From the UHGV virus genome UHGV-2111131: a DNA stretch of 64,000 nt; one strand, 5' to 3'. Position numbers and translations under genes: made by a program. A model generated the notes under the pieces. That model made no database searches. It was not told the origin of the DNA and worked only from the letters and a program-made list of their open reading frames with translations. The DNA is from a virus. Below are positions 1-10,683 of this stretch, piece by piece (position 1 is the first letter of the stretch; each line of letters starts with the position of its first letter).

Positions 1-208
1 GGCAGGTCGATATTGGCACTACCATCGAATGACACTCCGCCTATTGTGCGTGCTGTTTGCAGTTTTGTTGCAGTTGCAGCATTACCAGTAGTGCTCTGAT
101 TACCTGTTTTATTCACACCTGGCAGGTCGATATTGGCACTACCATCGAATGACACTCCGCCTATTGTGCGTGCTGTTTGCAGTTTTGTTGCAGTTGCAGC
201 ATTACCGT
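1..208. repeat. 120-bp-period coding repeat of the tail fibre gene (1-88 identical to 121-208)
   Basis: Exact 88-bp duplication seen directly; diverged copies near 1000-1190 and 1470-1800; each unit is one 40-aa fibre repeat. Confidence 0.85.
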
Positions 209-3200
209 TCAAACTACCATTGATGCCGCCAGTAACATTGAGTCCATTACCGATCGTAACAGTACCATTGGCATTGTTAATGATAAGCGGCCTTAAATTA
301 TTATAGGTTCCCAGGCTGTTACCCGAATCGGTCAACATGAAAAATGTGTTTGAACCATCGTTTCGGATAAAGAATCCGTAGTTTCCGTAGGCAATGCGCA
401 GACCATTCGCCGATTTTGAAATGATCTCACCAGTAGCCGTTAAACCGCCGTTGAGATTTCCTCCGGTTATTGGTAATGCGCCGACATCCGTGGCGGTCGG
501 TTTAATGTGCGAACTGTAAATTACATATACAGTTCCATCTGTCAGGCCTGTTGGTTTATTCGCTGTATAAGATGGTGATGTATGAATCGTTACGCTGGCG
601 TTACTGGTATAATCCCACTGAATATTAACACGTGTGGCGTGATTACCTATTTCAACATAAACATCATAGGTATCACCGGATGTATTCACCCATGCAAAAT
701 TAGTAAATCCAACCGATGTCCGTCGCCATAACGCACCAGTAAGACCTTTTGGACTCCCATTTCCCGCACGAAGAACAAGTTCAGATATACCAGCCTGCAT
801 AGGGGAGTTAACATTATATCCAGAACCACCAATCAGGCTTATGTAAACCACGGAACTGGACTGTGGCATGGTTACAGTTGCCAGCTTGAACCATCCAGCA
901 CCACCACTAAAAGACATTGTTGTTGAGTTGATCGTGCCTATAGACCTTGGAGTTAGCTCAATGTTTTTAGAACCATCAAACGACACCCCATTTATAGTTC
1001 TAGCGGTTTGTAACTTGGTCGCTGTAGCCGCGTTACCGGATGTATTCTGATTACCCGCAACGTTAACACCAGGTAAATTAATATTCGCAGTACCATCAAA
1101 GCTAACTCCGCCGATAGTTCTTGCCGTCTGTAGTTTTGTAGCGGTTGCTGCATTGCCAGTTGTATTCTGATTGCCAGTGGCATTCACACCAGGAATGGAG
1201 TCCCTTGATGTATATACCTGCGCCCACGCTGACCATGCCGCATCAGTGTAATCTCTTCGGGAGCGAATGAAAACCGGCGCATGTGCACCGCTCGTACCAC
1301 TCCAGCCAATAAGCAACTCGCCCTCACCAGCAGCACTCGCACCTTTCATGTGCAATACGTTGCCATACGTGGTCGGGTAGCTATTGTTGTACGCCTCGTA
1401 CATCTGCAATCCAGTAGCAGCACCTTGTGTTGTACCGGTGAGCGCAGTAACACGCCCTCTGGACGTAATTGTTGGTATCGAAATGTTCGCAGAACCATCA
1501 AACATAACACCGTTGATAGTGCGTGCAGTCTGTAGTTTCGTTGCGGTTGCGGCATTACCGGTAGTGCTCTGATTACCTGCTTTATTCACGCCCGGCAGGT
1601 CAATATTGGCACTACCATCGAATGACACTCCGCCTATTGTGCGTGCTGTTTGCAGTTTTGTTGCAGTTGCAGCATTGCCGGTAGTGCTCTGATTGCCTGT
1701 TTTATTCACACCCGGCAGGTCGATATTAGCACTACCATCAAATGACACCCCGCCGATTGTGCGTACTGTTTGCAGTTTTGTGGCGGTGGATGCATTACCT
1801 GTCAAAGATCCACTAAGAGCCACGGCACTAAGAGACTTAACACTTACATCCTGACCCCATCCGGAAACAACAACCTGACTCCACGCTGCCCAGCTTCCAT
1901 TAACAACAAAGCGAACGTATATACGTTTTGTGTCGTTGCTGATCAGCGTTTGCATGTTCGCATAATCCGAAGCAGAAACTTTGCGAGTCGACTCTACACG
2001 GAGCAAAAAGTTACCGGTTACGCCGTCAGGCTTGTTGGTAATATTTGCACCACCTCCAGAGGTTGGACAATAATAATATTTAATTGCCCCGACATCTGAC
2101 CTGATGGTCAGGTTGTTAAGATCAACCGTCTGGCCGCCAATGTCTTCCGGATCGATGGCTCCTGCTATCCCGGCACTGAATGTAGCAGCGGCTGAAAACG
2201 CTGTCTTACCTTTGAAAGTCTGTTGAGAACTCCAGGTATTAGCTGTGCTCAACAGGGGGATCTTTTCGCCGCTGGTTCCGATTTCTCTTAAACCAAGGTA
2301 TTGGATAACAGCCAGTGTGCTTGTTTTAGCCAGGATATCGCGACCGACTGACGTTAAATCAGTCTGGGAAACAGTGTCTGTACCGGTAAAGTACGGCAAT
2401 TTATTTGCGCCTGTCGCAAGACCAGCAAGCGCGGTTAAAGTTGCATCCAGAGGCTGTTTGCCTGCCAGCGCATTTGTCATTGTTGTCGCAAAGTTCGGGT
2501 CATTGCCCAGTGCTGCTGCAAGCTCATTCAGGGTATCAAGAGCTTCAGGTGATGAGCCGACCAATGCAGAGATAGCCGCTCTTACATAAGCGGTCGTAGC
2601 AATCTGCGTGTTATTCGTACCCTGTGCAGCGGTAGGCGCAGTAGGTATTCCCGTTAATGCAGGACTTGCTAAAGGAGCTTTAAGAGCCAGAGCATTGTTG
2701 ATAGTTGTGCTGAAATTCGGGTCGTTATTGATCGCAGCAGCTATTTCTTTAAGCGTATCCAGTGTGCCAGGTGCACCGTTGATAAGTGCCGTTATAGCTG
2801 CCTTAACAAAGGCTGTATTTGCGATCTGCGTGCTGTTTGTACCTTGCGCTGCCGTCGGCGCGGTTGGCGTTCCTGTCAGACTCGGGCTTTCTATTGGCGC
2901 TTTGGTATCAGCCAGCTCTTTTACAGACTTAACGGCTTTAGGGGTAGCCGCCATTGTTTCGCTGTCGCTGTTAGTTGCGCTACTGAGCTGAACTAATCCC
3001 TTTTGTGTTGTGCTTGCATCCTGCGCCGTATACTTGCTTTTAGCCAGATCGTAGGCTTTTTTAACCGCCAGCGAACTTGCAGCGACATCACTTCTGGTAC
3101 TGGTTACAGAGTCGGAAATTTCAATGCCTATCGTGAGATCGATGCGGTCGGATACATCTATCATTTCCTTAGTAATAGCAGATACGCCAGCAGGGATATT

Positions 3201-3656
3201 CACCGTACAAACAAGCAGTTCCCCATCTCCTAACTGATATGAATCGGTATAGGTTCTGGCAACAAATTCAGCCGCATGAATATGTGACGCGGTATTAACC
3301 TGATAAGAATCTTCTCCAAGGAGGTATCTTCCCTTCAGCACAATTGCATATTTCTTACCTGCGCTAAGTGCAAGAGAAATATCCTTACGCTGCTGAATAG
3401 TTACCTGGTAGAATTCACCAATATTCACTGACGCCGCGCCAGCGGTTTTATCACCATCCACTGAGGTGATTAACAGGTTCATCCCACCGCCAGGCTTAGG
3501 AAAAAAACCGGCATAAAATCCAGGGTCAACAATTCCCCTGAATTTTCGGTTTAGCGCGGCTGACAGATATGGTTCGTGGTATTGCACATCAGCCACCAGA
3601 GCCAACGACTCGGGTGATGGGTAAGTAACCGATGTGACAACTGTAACGTCATTCAT
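1..3656 (-). CDS. Tail fibre protein (position of P1 S); about 1218 N-terminal codons, C-terminal end beyond window start
   Basis: Minus-strand frame open from ATG at 3656 (AAGGA RBS) to position 1; missing from ORF track only because no stop falls in the window. Repeated 40-aa TATKLQTARTIGGVSFDGSANIDLPGVNK units and fibre motifs (NDPNF, QPLDATLTALAGL). Plus-strand ORFs here are antisense artefacts. Confidence 0.8.
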   Translation of the reverse strand, partial: MNDVTVVTSVTYPSPESLALVADVQYHEPYLSAALNRKFRGIVDPGFYAGFFPKPGGGMNLLITSVDGDKTAGAASVNIGEFYQVTIQQRKDISLALSAGKKYAIVLKGRYLLGEDSYQVNTASHIHAAEFVARTYTDSYQLGDGELLVCTVNIPAGVSAITKEMIDVSDRIDLTIGIEISDSVTSTRSDVAASSLAVKKAYDLAKSKYTAQDASTTQKGLVQLSSATNSDSETMAATPKAVKSVKELADTKAPIESPSLTGTPTAPTAAQGTNSTQIANTAFVKAAITALINGAPGTLDTLKEIAAAINNDPNFSTTINNALALKAPLASPALTGIPTAPTAAQGTNNTQIATTAYVRAAISALVGSSPEALDTLNELAAALGNDPNFATTMTNALAGKQPLDATLTALAGLATGANKLPYFTGTDTVSQTDLTSVGRDILAKTSTLAVIQYLGLREIGTSGEKIPLLSTANTWSSQQTFKGKTAFSAAATFSAGIAGAIDPEDIGGQTVDLNNLTIRSDVGAIKYYYCPTSGGGANITNKPDGVTGNFLLRVESTRKVSASDYANMQTLISNDTKRIYVRFVVNGSWAAWSQVVVSGWGQDVSVKSLSAVALSGSLTGNASTATKLQTVRTIGGVSFDGSANIDLPGVNKTGNQSTTGNAATATKLQTARTIGGVSFDGSANIDLPGVNKAGNQSTTGNAATATKLQTARTINGVMFDGSANISIPTITSRGRVTALTGTTQGAATGLQMYEAYNNSYPTTYGNVLHMKGASAAGEGELLIGWSGTSGAHAPVFIRSRRDYTDAAWSAWAQVYTSRDSIPGVNATGNQNTTGNAATATKLQTARTIGGVSFDGTANINLPGVNVAGNQNTSGNAATATKLQTARTINGVSFDGSKNIELTPRSIGTINSTTMSFSGGAGWFKLATVTMPQSSSVVYISLIGGSGYNVNSPMQAGISELVLRAGNGSPKGLTGALWRRTSVGFTNFAWVNTSGDTYDVYVEIGNHATRVNIQWDYTSNASVTIHTSPSYTANKPTGLTDGTVYVIYSSHIKPTATDVGALPITGGNLNGGLTATGEIISKSANGLRIAYGNYGFFIRNDGSNTFFMLTDSGNSLGTYNNLRPLIINNANGTVTIGNGLNVTGGINGSLNGNAATATKLQTARTIGGVSFDGSANIDLPGVNKTGNQSTTGNAATATKLQTARTIGGVSFDGSANIDL

Positions 3657-3667
3657 CAAGCATATCC

Positions 3668-4102
3668 TTATGCTGTAGTCGTGTTTATGGCCATAACTGC
3701 GGTATATGTTTTGCCCACATACAGCGAGTCTTCCTGGACACAAATAATGGCGATTGGCTTGTTCTCGTTATCCAGAACAACCAGAGTGTTGAATGGGTAG
3801 TTTTTCCCTTTCTGCAACTGGCTTTGATCAAGGTCCATTCGGACAGTAATTATCCCACCTGAGTAGGTTGGGACGAGGTTGATGGTGCAAAATTTACTGG
3901 TCAGTTCTGCCAGCTCGAAAGCCTTTGGCAGTTCTCCAATCTCATAAGTGCCATCTCCTTTCTTAGTAACCAGTGAACTGGTACCGAAAACGGCCTTGCT
4001 GATTAAAAATCGAGAGCCTTTGTTAATGGACGATTCAGCGCGCCGCTGATAGTAATAGTCCAACAACTGACTCTTATAGAGGTTTGTTGAGACGTCAGAC
4101 AT
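3668..4102 (-). CDS. Small protein directly upstream of the fibre gene (position of P1 R)
   Basis: 144-aa ORF, same strand, 11-nt gap to fibre start; no catalytic motif recognised. Confidence 0.6.
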   Translation of the reverse strand: MSDVSTNLYKSQLLDYYYQRRAESSINKGSRFLISKAVFGTSSLVTKKGDGTYEIGELPKAFELAELTSKFCTINLVPTYSGGIITVRMDLDQSQLQKGKNYPFNTLVVLDNENKPIAIICVQEDSLYVGKTYTAVMAINTTTA

Positions 4103-4143
4103 GATTTTCCCTAATCAATGTTGTGAAGCCTCATTGTAAGAGA

Positions 4144-4156
4144 AGTAACTTGTCAC
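4144..4156. promoter_or_regulatory. Possible late-promoter element AGTAACTTGTCAC upstream of the R-S operon
   Basis: One of four related partial palindromes (core GTCAYTTGT..GAC), each just upstream of a minus-strand late operon; overlaps a GC-rich hairpin at 4154-4176. Confidence 0.3.
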
Positions 4157-4180
4157 CCCGCCCTGCGGACGGGGTGATTG

Positions 4181-5028
4181 TCAGGCGTCGCTATCCAGCA
4201 ACAAATCATCTGCGCGTGTGCGATCAAACGTAGGTGTTGCTTTCACAATAGTGCCACCAGGCGTTGCGGTGATCGGGGCGCTAATCGACGTAACTCCAGT
4301 AAGCGAAGTTGTATCCGAAGTTTCAAACCAGCAGTACGCTTTTTCGGTATCAGAAATCTCGTTCAAAGTGATCATGTCGGCCTGTTCATTCACAACAACC
4401 GACAAATAGAGCGTAAGCCCATCAAACACTATATGCAGTGGCAGTAGAGGCTTTACGAACTGATTAAACTTTCTGAGAATTTCTTCTGTAATTGCGGACT
4501 GATCTATCGTGCCAGTAATACCCATTGTCCGGGNNNNNNNNNNNNNNNNNNNNNNNNNNNNNNNNNNNNNNNNNNNNAAGTCAGAAACATCTCGCCGAAT
4601 GTGCCGCCGGTAGTTTCCAGTGTGCTTTCTGGTATTAGAACTGTGCCATAGGGATGACGTTCAAGGTCCACCGGTGCATATATCGGATCCCATAAAACAG
4701 AAATACCATTAAATTCGCGGTAAATTGTCTGGTTTATAGGGCGTTCAGTCCCCTTAAAGTGAATCTCATCAAGCCGCTGTTGTAACAACATCGGAACGGA
4801 AGATGAGTTTGAGGTTCTGATAGTAAAGAACTGGCCAAGTTCATTTGTCCTAGTCTCCAGATCCTCCTTGCTCATGGAAAAAATAGACTTCCGGTTGGTA
4901 ATTCGCTCCAACCATGGGTCAACAAAGGTGTCCATCATTGACTGAACCAAATCAGCCAATGATTTATAGAGCAATGACTTTTGCTTAGCTGATGTAAGCC
5001 GATTATTAAACCAGGAACGTTGCATCAC
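4181..5028 (-). CDS. Tail/baseplate protein (position of P1 gene 16), interrupted by an assembly gap
   Basis: ORFs 4504-5028 and 4181-4525 lie on the same strand either side of a 44-nt N-run; most simply one gene whose frame is lost in the gap. Confidence 0.5.
4534..4577. other. Assembly gap (44 N)
   Basis: Run of n characters. Confidence 0.97.
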
Positions 5029-6458
5029 TCCTCCTCATACGAAATATTAAAGGTGGAGTTTTCTGTATCCAGATAAACGAAATCGTAAAAGCCGTTGGAC
5101 TCATTCCACTCGACAAATTCCAGATAAAAGTCGCGGAAATAACCCAGCGTTTCGATAAATGCCCAAACGTCTTTTTTCTTGATCAGGATGTACTTGCCGA
5201 CACCGTTCGGATCAAAGAAATTTGAGTCGCGCCCAAATTTTGTTTCCAGTGCCGACTTCAACTCATCAGTCACGTTCTCAATAGTCAGGCTTGCCGATAT
5301 CCGCCCGGTGATGGTTATCTTAAATGGTAGTTTTCTGACCTCTTTATAAGAGAATTTCTTGTTCAGTTCATTCGGTACCTTCTTAAAGGCAGTCAGGATC
5401 ATTTCTTCAAGCTCTGACTGGCTTTTATTTGGATGCCATCCTGAAATAAATATCTTATTGATATTCTGAACATTATAAGCACCATCTAATTTCTCTTGCT
5501 GGCCTTCGCCCCATGCCTTTACCCAGGACAGCCCCGGGATGTTACGAACCAGAAAATACGTATAGTCCCCGCCCCATACGACCTGATCATCATAGGCAAG
5601 GTAATATTGTGCACGGTTACGTGTGATCTCCGTTGTTTCAGCATCGGTACCTGCGGTTATAGGTGTCGTTGTCTTAACTGAAATCAAATTAGCTAAATTA
5701 GCCGCAGAATCGACAGGCGTCAGGTTTTGGCCAGCAACCAGGGTTATATCGCCGTTGGTGCACCATACCTTAAGCGTAATTGTCGAACCTTCTGGCGGTA
5801 TTTGCCCAATTAGCCCATCGCCGAATCGAACCCCCAACTGCTCGGATGGTTTATAAAACTCAACGTAGACCTGGCTTTTACTACCGGCTAACCGGAACAT
5901 AGTGCTGGAAGACCACTGCGTGGTCTTACCATCGGTCGTCACGAATACTTCCAGCTTATAGCAGACAGCAGTAAGAGCCTTTGATAACACGACTTCCAGA
6001 AATTCTTTGGCTGCCGTAACGGTATATGTCACCTCCTGGATTTCCAACTGTGCCACTTCTACCGTACCGGTGCCGTCAACCAACCTGCATACATCCATAG
6101 TCATGTAAGGGTACTGGTCGTCAGATATTAAAGGCATGTTTTTGGGGATTACCGCTGGGGCATCTTCACTTGTGGCGGTGATCTCAATCATCCCCGATGA
6201 CGGTGTTGGCTTGGTACCAACGTAACTATTCGTTTCTGCCGCTGCCAGGATAGAGGAACGCCGCGTCGCGGTCGATATAAAGCCTTCAGCCAGCGCCGCA
6301 TCGGCATACTGAAAGCACCTGTAGACAATCTGGGTAATAAACAATGTCAGCATCGAGACAAATTGAGAGCCGACAAACTTCGACCAGAATGAATCTTTCT
6401 CGACAAGCTCTTCAAACTCTGCACGAATACTGTCTTTAGTCGGTGTTGTTTTACTCAT
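5025..6458 (-). CDS. Baseplate protein (position of P1 BplA)
   Basis: 477-aa ORF, start overlaps upstream gene stop (coupled); synteny. Confidence 0.6.
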   Translation of the reverse strand: MSKTTPTKDSIRAEFEELVEKDSFWSKFVGSQFVSMLTLFITQIVYRCFQYADAALAEGFISTATRRSSILAAAETNSYVGTKPTPSSGMIEITATSEDAPAVIPKNMPLISDDQYPYMTMDVCRLVDGTGTVEVAQLEIQEVTYTVTAAKEFLEVVLSKALTAVCYKLEVFVTTDGKTTQWSSSTMFRLAGSKSQVYVEFYKPSEQLGVRFGDGLIGQIPPEGSTITLKVWCTNGDITLVAGQNLTPVDSAANLANLISVKTTTPITAGTDAETTEITRNRAQYYLAYDDQVVWGGDYTYFLVRNIPGLSWVKAWGEGQQEKLDGAYNVQNINKIFISGWHPNKSQSELEEMILTAFKKVPNELNKKFSYKEVRKLPFKITITGRISASLTIENVTDELKSALETKFGRDSNFFDPNGVGKYILIKKKDVWAFIETLGYFRDFYLEFVEWNESNGFYDFVYLDTENSTFNISYEEE

Positions 6459-6814
6459 AGCACCACGTCCTGTGTGATAGTTATATCCCTGATACGAATG
6501 GATATTTTCAACTTATCAAAAGCATCTCCCTCGGCTACTGACAAGCCAGAAATCGGTATGTCAGGTAAATCTACCGTCAGTTTTTGCAACAGCATTGCCT
6601 CAACCGCAATTTGAACATGCGACAAGTTGGTCGGTTCGTGTTTAAACTGCGGTAAAACATTGCCCCATGACGGATCTCCGTATACCTCACCCTGATAAGT
6701 GTTTAGCCACTCATATAAACGAGCGCCCCAGGCCTCCTCCTGGGACTCATACGTTTTTACGCCGGATAACTCCAGCGTCAGCAAAGGATCAATTTCGTTA
6801 TTGTTGGCCATCAA
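6455..6814 (-). CDS. Small morphogenetic protein (position of P1 PmgA)
   Basis: 119-aa ORF, overlapping stop/start with neighbours. Confidence 0.55.
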   Translation of the reverse strand: MMANNNEIDPLLTLELSGVKTYESQEEAWGARLYEWLNTYQGEVYGDPSWGNVLPQFKHEPTNLSHVQIAVEAMLLQKLTVDLPDIPISGLSVAEGDAFDKLKISIRIRDITITQDVVL

Positions 6815-9800
6815 TCAACTCTCGCGTAGTCATTCATCAACGGATCATCAATTGACAGTGGTACCGTGCGCATAACGCCCGGCTGAGGCGTGCTGACCTT
6901 TACGACAGTTCCCTGGCCTTTCGCCGAGTCTTTGGTGTGCTCTTCAATCCTGGCAAGCAATGAGGTCATCTGCGCAAACAGCCGCTTCGTTTCACCATCA
7001 AGTGAAACGGTATTATCAGCCAACTGCATTGTCGGCTTGGCACCGGAACCGCCAAGGTCACTAATAACCTGCCCGTCTATCTGCATACGACCGGTTGGTT
7101 GCTGCAAATCGTTGGCGGCAGTCGTCACCTTGGACGTGGAGGCTGGTTCAGGCGCATTATTTTTCCGCATCCCCGGCGAGTTGCGGAGTTTATCGAATAG
7201 TCCATCAATCCCCATTTGTGCGCCGAGTTGGTCAAAGTAACTTGAGTTGCTGGCCACCGGACGCGCCTCTTCAACTGGCATCGGAGTATCAACATACACA
7301 TTGCCAGCTGCTGTTGCGGTCCCCTTCCCTCGTGCACGTTCTTCGAGCGTTCCCTGAACGACTTCCCGACGCATACCCCGGCCATTCATGAATTTGTTGA
7401 CCAGATCGTTAACGCCAACAGCATTGCCGATTTTGTCTACCAGACCGCCTTTCTCAAACGGGCTATCACCAGGGGTAAACGCCAGGCCAGTAGACTGATC
7501 GATAACAGCGTTATCAGGCAGTGGTCCCCTCACTCCATATTGCGCCCCACCCTGTGCTCCTGCTCCAGGTGTATAGATTTCACCACCTAAATAGCGAGCA
7601 CGATGAGTATTGACCTTGATCGCGTACTCACGGTTTTCTTTCGATAAGTCACCTGTGCCTTTTTTCCACTTATTGATAGTGCCAAACCCAGCGTTATATG
7701 CAGTGATGGCCTCGTTTAAGTCTCCATTGGCTTGCTTCAGATACTTGCTCATGAGAAGAGCCGCAGCTTCTGCCGATTTCACAGGATCAAACGATTCACC
7801 TTCAGCTAAGCCAGTCTCTTCACGAGCAATCCCCGTGAACTGAAACATTCCCAGAGCACCGGTTTGGGATTTTGCATACGGATTACCACCAGATTCAGTT
7901 GCAGCAATCGCGTAAAGAGTGCCTTCTGGAAGACCATATTTATTCTCTAGTTCAGCAAAATACGGAGCCAACTTATCGAGATTTGCCTTACCTTCAGATC
8001 CAAGACTTCCGACTTTTACATCCAAGCGGCCATTGTTGTAGGTATCCGCAGCTTTCTGAATGTCATTCCTGGTGCCAGTGGTATTAAGCGACGATGATGA
8101 CGAGCTATTTTGACCAATAGCTTTATCAATTTTCTGCAACGCGCTATTGCCCGTTTCTACGGCATTTGCATTGATAATCTGATTCGCAGTTTCTTTAACT
8201 GTTTTATTGCTATCTTTCGCCGTGTCCAGTGCCGCATTTATCACGCGGGTAACAATATTAGTCTGTTTGGCATCGGATTCAGTTTTAGAATCAGATGTCT
8301 CCTGGTGGCTATTAACCGGAGCTTTTAACTCTGGAGCGATTTCTTTCGCATTAGCCTCGCTATTAACCGGAGCTTTTAACTCTGGAGCGATTTCTTTCGC
8401 ATTAGCCTCGCTATTAACCGGAGCTTTTAACTCTGGAGTGATTTCTTTCGCATTAGCCTCGCCGATCGGATTGGGTATTTTTGATACAATCATTGCCGCA
8501 GGGGTATTTTTAACGGCATCAACCGCTGCATCTAATGCTTTACCAGGTAAATTTTTAACCCCATCCCAAATATTACCAGCCGCCTCTTTAATGTGTTTCC
8601 CCGGGTTCTTAATGAAATCAATTGCACTATCAATTGCATCACTGAAAACCTGTTTCAGGTTATCAACAGTAAAGAAGTCTTTGATGGCATCCAGCTTTTC
8701 AAGCAGCTTATTAGATGTATCGCTAAACCATGCTGAAACAGCATCACCAATCTTTGCTGTGTAATCTTCGAACTTGGTAGAAATGGTGTCGCCAAGGTTA
8801 GAAATATATGTTTCTAAGTTGGTAATCCCACTATCAATGGCCTGGGCAATACTTTCCGTCGAAAATGATTGCAACATATTGCCGATATCCTCAAATCCAA
8901 GTGATTTGAGAACCTCACCAATGGCGCTGCTAATACCAGATACCAGTCCCCCCATATCAAGAACATTGGCTAACGTATAAGCGGCTTTTTGCTGGAATGA
9001 TGGATCTTGTCCTGATTTAAGCCCAAACGCTCGACGTTGCGCTTCTGTATCATTCCAACCGGTTACCGCATCATAAATACCTCCAGCCACTGTGCCGACT
9101 AAGGGAATTGCGCGTAACGCCCCTTTACCAACTGCCTTTAATCCAAGTTTACCTGCTGCCCGGGCAGCCAAATCTCCACCTTCATAGGCGATAGTCTTCT
9201 TGCCACCACCGCGTAGCATTCCTACAAGTTTCTTTGCCCCCAGAGCGCCAAAAGCGAGTGCTCCAGCTTTTTTCAGCATGCCACGCCCCATTAACAACGA
9301 CGCGACGCCACCGGCCCCCTTCCCTAACAGGCTAAATAGTTTGGACAGCAAGCCGCCCTTCTTTTTCCCGGTGTTTTTGGCTATCTGATCAAGGGCGCTG
9401 AGAATCTTGTCATTGCCCTCTTTAATTTCGCTGGTCTGCTCCTGAAGTTCCTGAACTGTCCGTTTTTGGGTGTTAACCTGAACGACATCGGCACTATTTT
9501 GCGATTTACGCCTAAAAAAACCTTTTCTACGGCTGTTATCGTCATTGCCACGAATCACATCGGCAATAGACTTTCTGGCACCATTAAGCGATCCACCAAC
9601 TTCTTTTGATATCCCGCCAAGCTCCTTCCCTGCTGCCCACAATGGACCAGCAACGGCATAACCTAACGCATCAACGGCACGAGTCTCTGAAGGGTTACCT
9701 ATGCCTTCAGCTACTTTTGACAGTTTTTTTAATAAACCTGATTCAGCATTTAGACGCTCATCATCCTCTTTGCGCCTGGCCTTTTCAGCACGTTCAGCAC

Positions 9801-10602
9801 GGGCATCTTCCGCTGCGGCCTTACTCCCTGACTTTCCAATAAAACGACCACGCGCATCGCGTTGGTTTTGGCTTTTTTGCGCACCGCCTTTTTGATCGAA
9901 CATTTCGCGAGCGTGTTCGGCTGCTTCGGTCCGTTGTGCCTTTATATCCTCTGGTATAGCCTTCCTGCGTCGTTTTTTACCCTTTGGTGTAGTTGATTTG
10001 GCCTGCTGTTCCTGTTGAGCAATGCCCTCCTGAACTACACGAGAAACGTCCCCTAAATTAAGCCGTTTCATTGCGTCAACAATAGGGTCTACTGATGGCG
10101 CATTGGCCACAAAGTCTGGCCGGGAATTTTCGATTGTTCGATTTAATGCCGACACACTGCGAGATACTGGGTCAACCGTTGCAACGCGTTCCCCTTTCAA
10201 ATCACGAGCGAGTTTGACCGTTTCTAACCGCTGTGCTTTAACATCCTCTGTTATTGCCTCTCTTCGTCTATTTGGGGGATTGTGCGCTGTTGGTGCAGCC
10301 TGCTGTGCACGGTTAGTGACTTTGTCCTCCCGTATACGAGAAACGTCCCCTAAATTAAGCCGTTTTATTGCGTCAACAATAGGGTCCACTGATGGCGCAT
10401 TGGTCACAAAGTCAGGACGTGAATTTTCGATTGTGCGATTTAATGCCGACACACTGCGAGAGACAGGATCAACAGTTGCAACTCGTTCCCCTTTCAAATC
10501 TTCAACAGCTTCCCGAATACCTGCAAGCTCTTCCAGCTCTTTCGCGCTGGCGGTTTCAACTGTCCTTATAACATCGTCAATATTGGCGTTTTTTCTTTCC
10601 AT
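6811..10602 (-). CDS. sit: Sit-like injection protein with lytic transglycosylase domain (tape-measure-like)
   Basis: 1263 aa; SLT motif LYAIAATESGGNPYAKSQTGALGMFQF; N-terminal duplicated ~57-aa unit (ERVATVDPVSRSVSALNRTIENSRPDFV...) and 3 x 17-aa NAKEIAPELKAPVNSEA repeats. Confidence 0.85.
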   Translation of the reverse strand: MERKNANIDDVIRTVETASAKELEELAGIREAVEDLKGERVATVDPVSRSVSALNRTIENSRPDFVTNAPSVDPIVDAIKRLNLGDVSRIREDKVTNRAQQAAPTAHNPPNRRREAITEDVKAQRLETVKLARDLKGERVATVDPVSRSVSALNRTIENSRPDFVANAPSVDPIVDAMKRLNLGDVSRVVQEGIAQQEQQAKSTTPKGKKRRRKAIPEDIKAQRTEAAEHAREMFDQKGGAQKSQNQRDARGRFIGKSGSKAAAEDARAERAEKARRKEDDERLNAESGLLKKLSKVAEGIGNPSETRAVDALGYAVAGPLWAAGKELGGISKEVGGSLNGARKSIADVIRGNDDNSRRKGFFRRKSQNSADVVQVNTQKRTVQELQEQTSEIKEGNDKILSALDQIAKNTGKKKGGLLSKLFSLLGKGAGGVASLLMGRGMLKKAGALAFGALGAKKLVGMLRGGGKKTIAYEGGDLAARAAGKLGLKAVGKGALRAIPLVGTVAGGIYDAVTGWNDTEAQRRAFGLKSGQDPSFQQKAAYTLANVLDMGGLVSGISSAIGEVLKSLGFEDIGNMLQSFSTESIAQAIDSGITNLETYISNLGDTISTKFEDYTAKIGDAVSAWFSDTSNKLLEKLDAIKDFFTVDNLKQVFSDAIDSAIDFIKNPGKHIKEAAGNIWDGVKNLPGKALDAAVDAVKNTPAAMIVSKIPNPIGEANAKEITPELKAPVNSEANAKEIAPELKAPVNSEANAKEIAPELKAPVNSHQETSDSKTESDAKQTNIVTRVINAALDTAKDSNKTVKETANQIINANAVETGNSALQKIDKAIGQNSSSSSSLNTTGTRNDIQKAADTYNNGRLDVKVGSLGSEGKANLDKLAPYFAELENKYGLPEGTLYAIAATESGGNPYAKSQTGALGMFQFTGIAREETGLAEGESFDPVKSAEAAALLMSKYLKQANGDLNEAITAYNAGFGTINKWKKGTGDLSKENREYAIKVNTHRARYLGGEIYTPGAGAQGGAQYGVRGPLPDNAVIDQSTGLAFTPGDSPFEKGGLVDKIGNAVGVNDLVNKFMNGRGMRREVVQGTLEERARGKGTATAAGNVYVDTPMPVEEARPVASNSSYFDQLGAQMGIDGLFDKLRNSPGMRKNNAPEPASTSKVTTAANDLQQPTGRMQIDGQVISDLGGSGAKPTMQLADNTVSLDGETKRLFAQMTSLLARIEEHTKDSAKGQGTVVKVSTPQPGVMRTVPLSIDDPLMNDYARVD
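8311..8463. repeat. 3 x 51-bp perfect/near-perfect tandem repeat inside sit
   Basis: Unit attaaccggagcttttaactctggagcgatttctttcgcattagcctcgct repeated three times, in frame. Confidence 0.9.
10036..10500. repeat. Two ~170-bp diverged direct repeats ~295 bp apart inside sit
   Basis: Copies at about 10036-10205 and 10331-10500 encode the duplicated N-terminal Sit unit. Confidence 0.8.
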
Positions 10603-10683
10603 GATCTTATCGCCTACCGTTTCGGTTTAAGTTTTTCTTCCAGTTTCTCCAACAGGAAAAACGCATAGGATTCAGTAAGCCTT

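Noticed and set aside
2245-3233. Plus-strand ORFs 2245-2589, 2608-2991, 3003-3233 (also 868-1050, 1281-1535, 1770-2099)
   Set aside because: Low-complexity Ala/Val/Leu-rich translations antisense to the tail fibre gene, which occupies the minus strand without a stop.
8311-8463. Tandem 51-bp repeats as a possible CRISPR array
   Set aside because: Repeats are contiguous with no spacers, lie in frame inside sit and encode a peptide repeat; no cas genes nearby.
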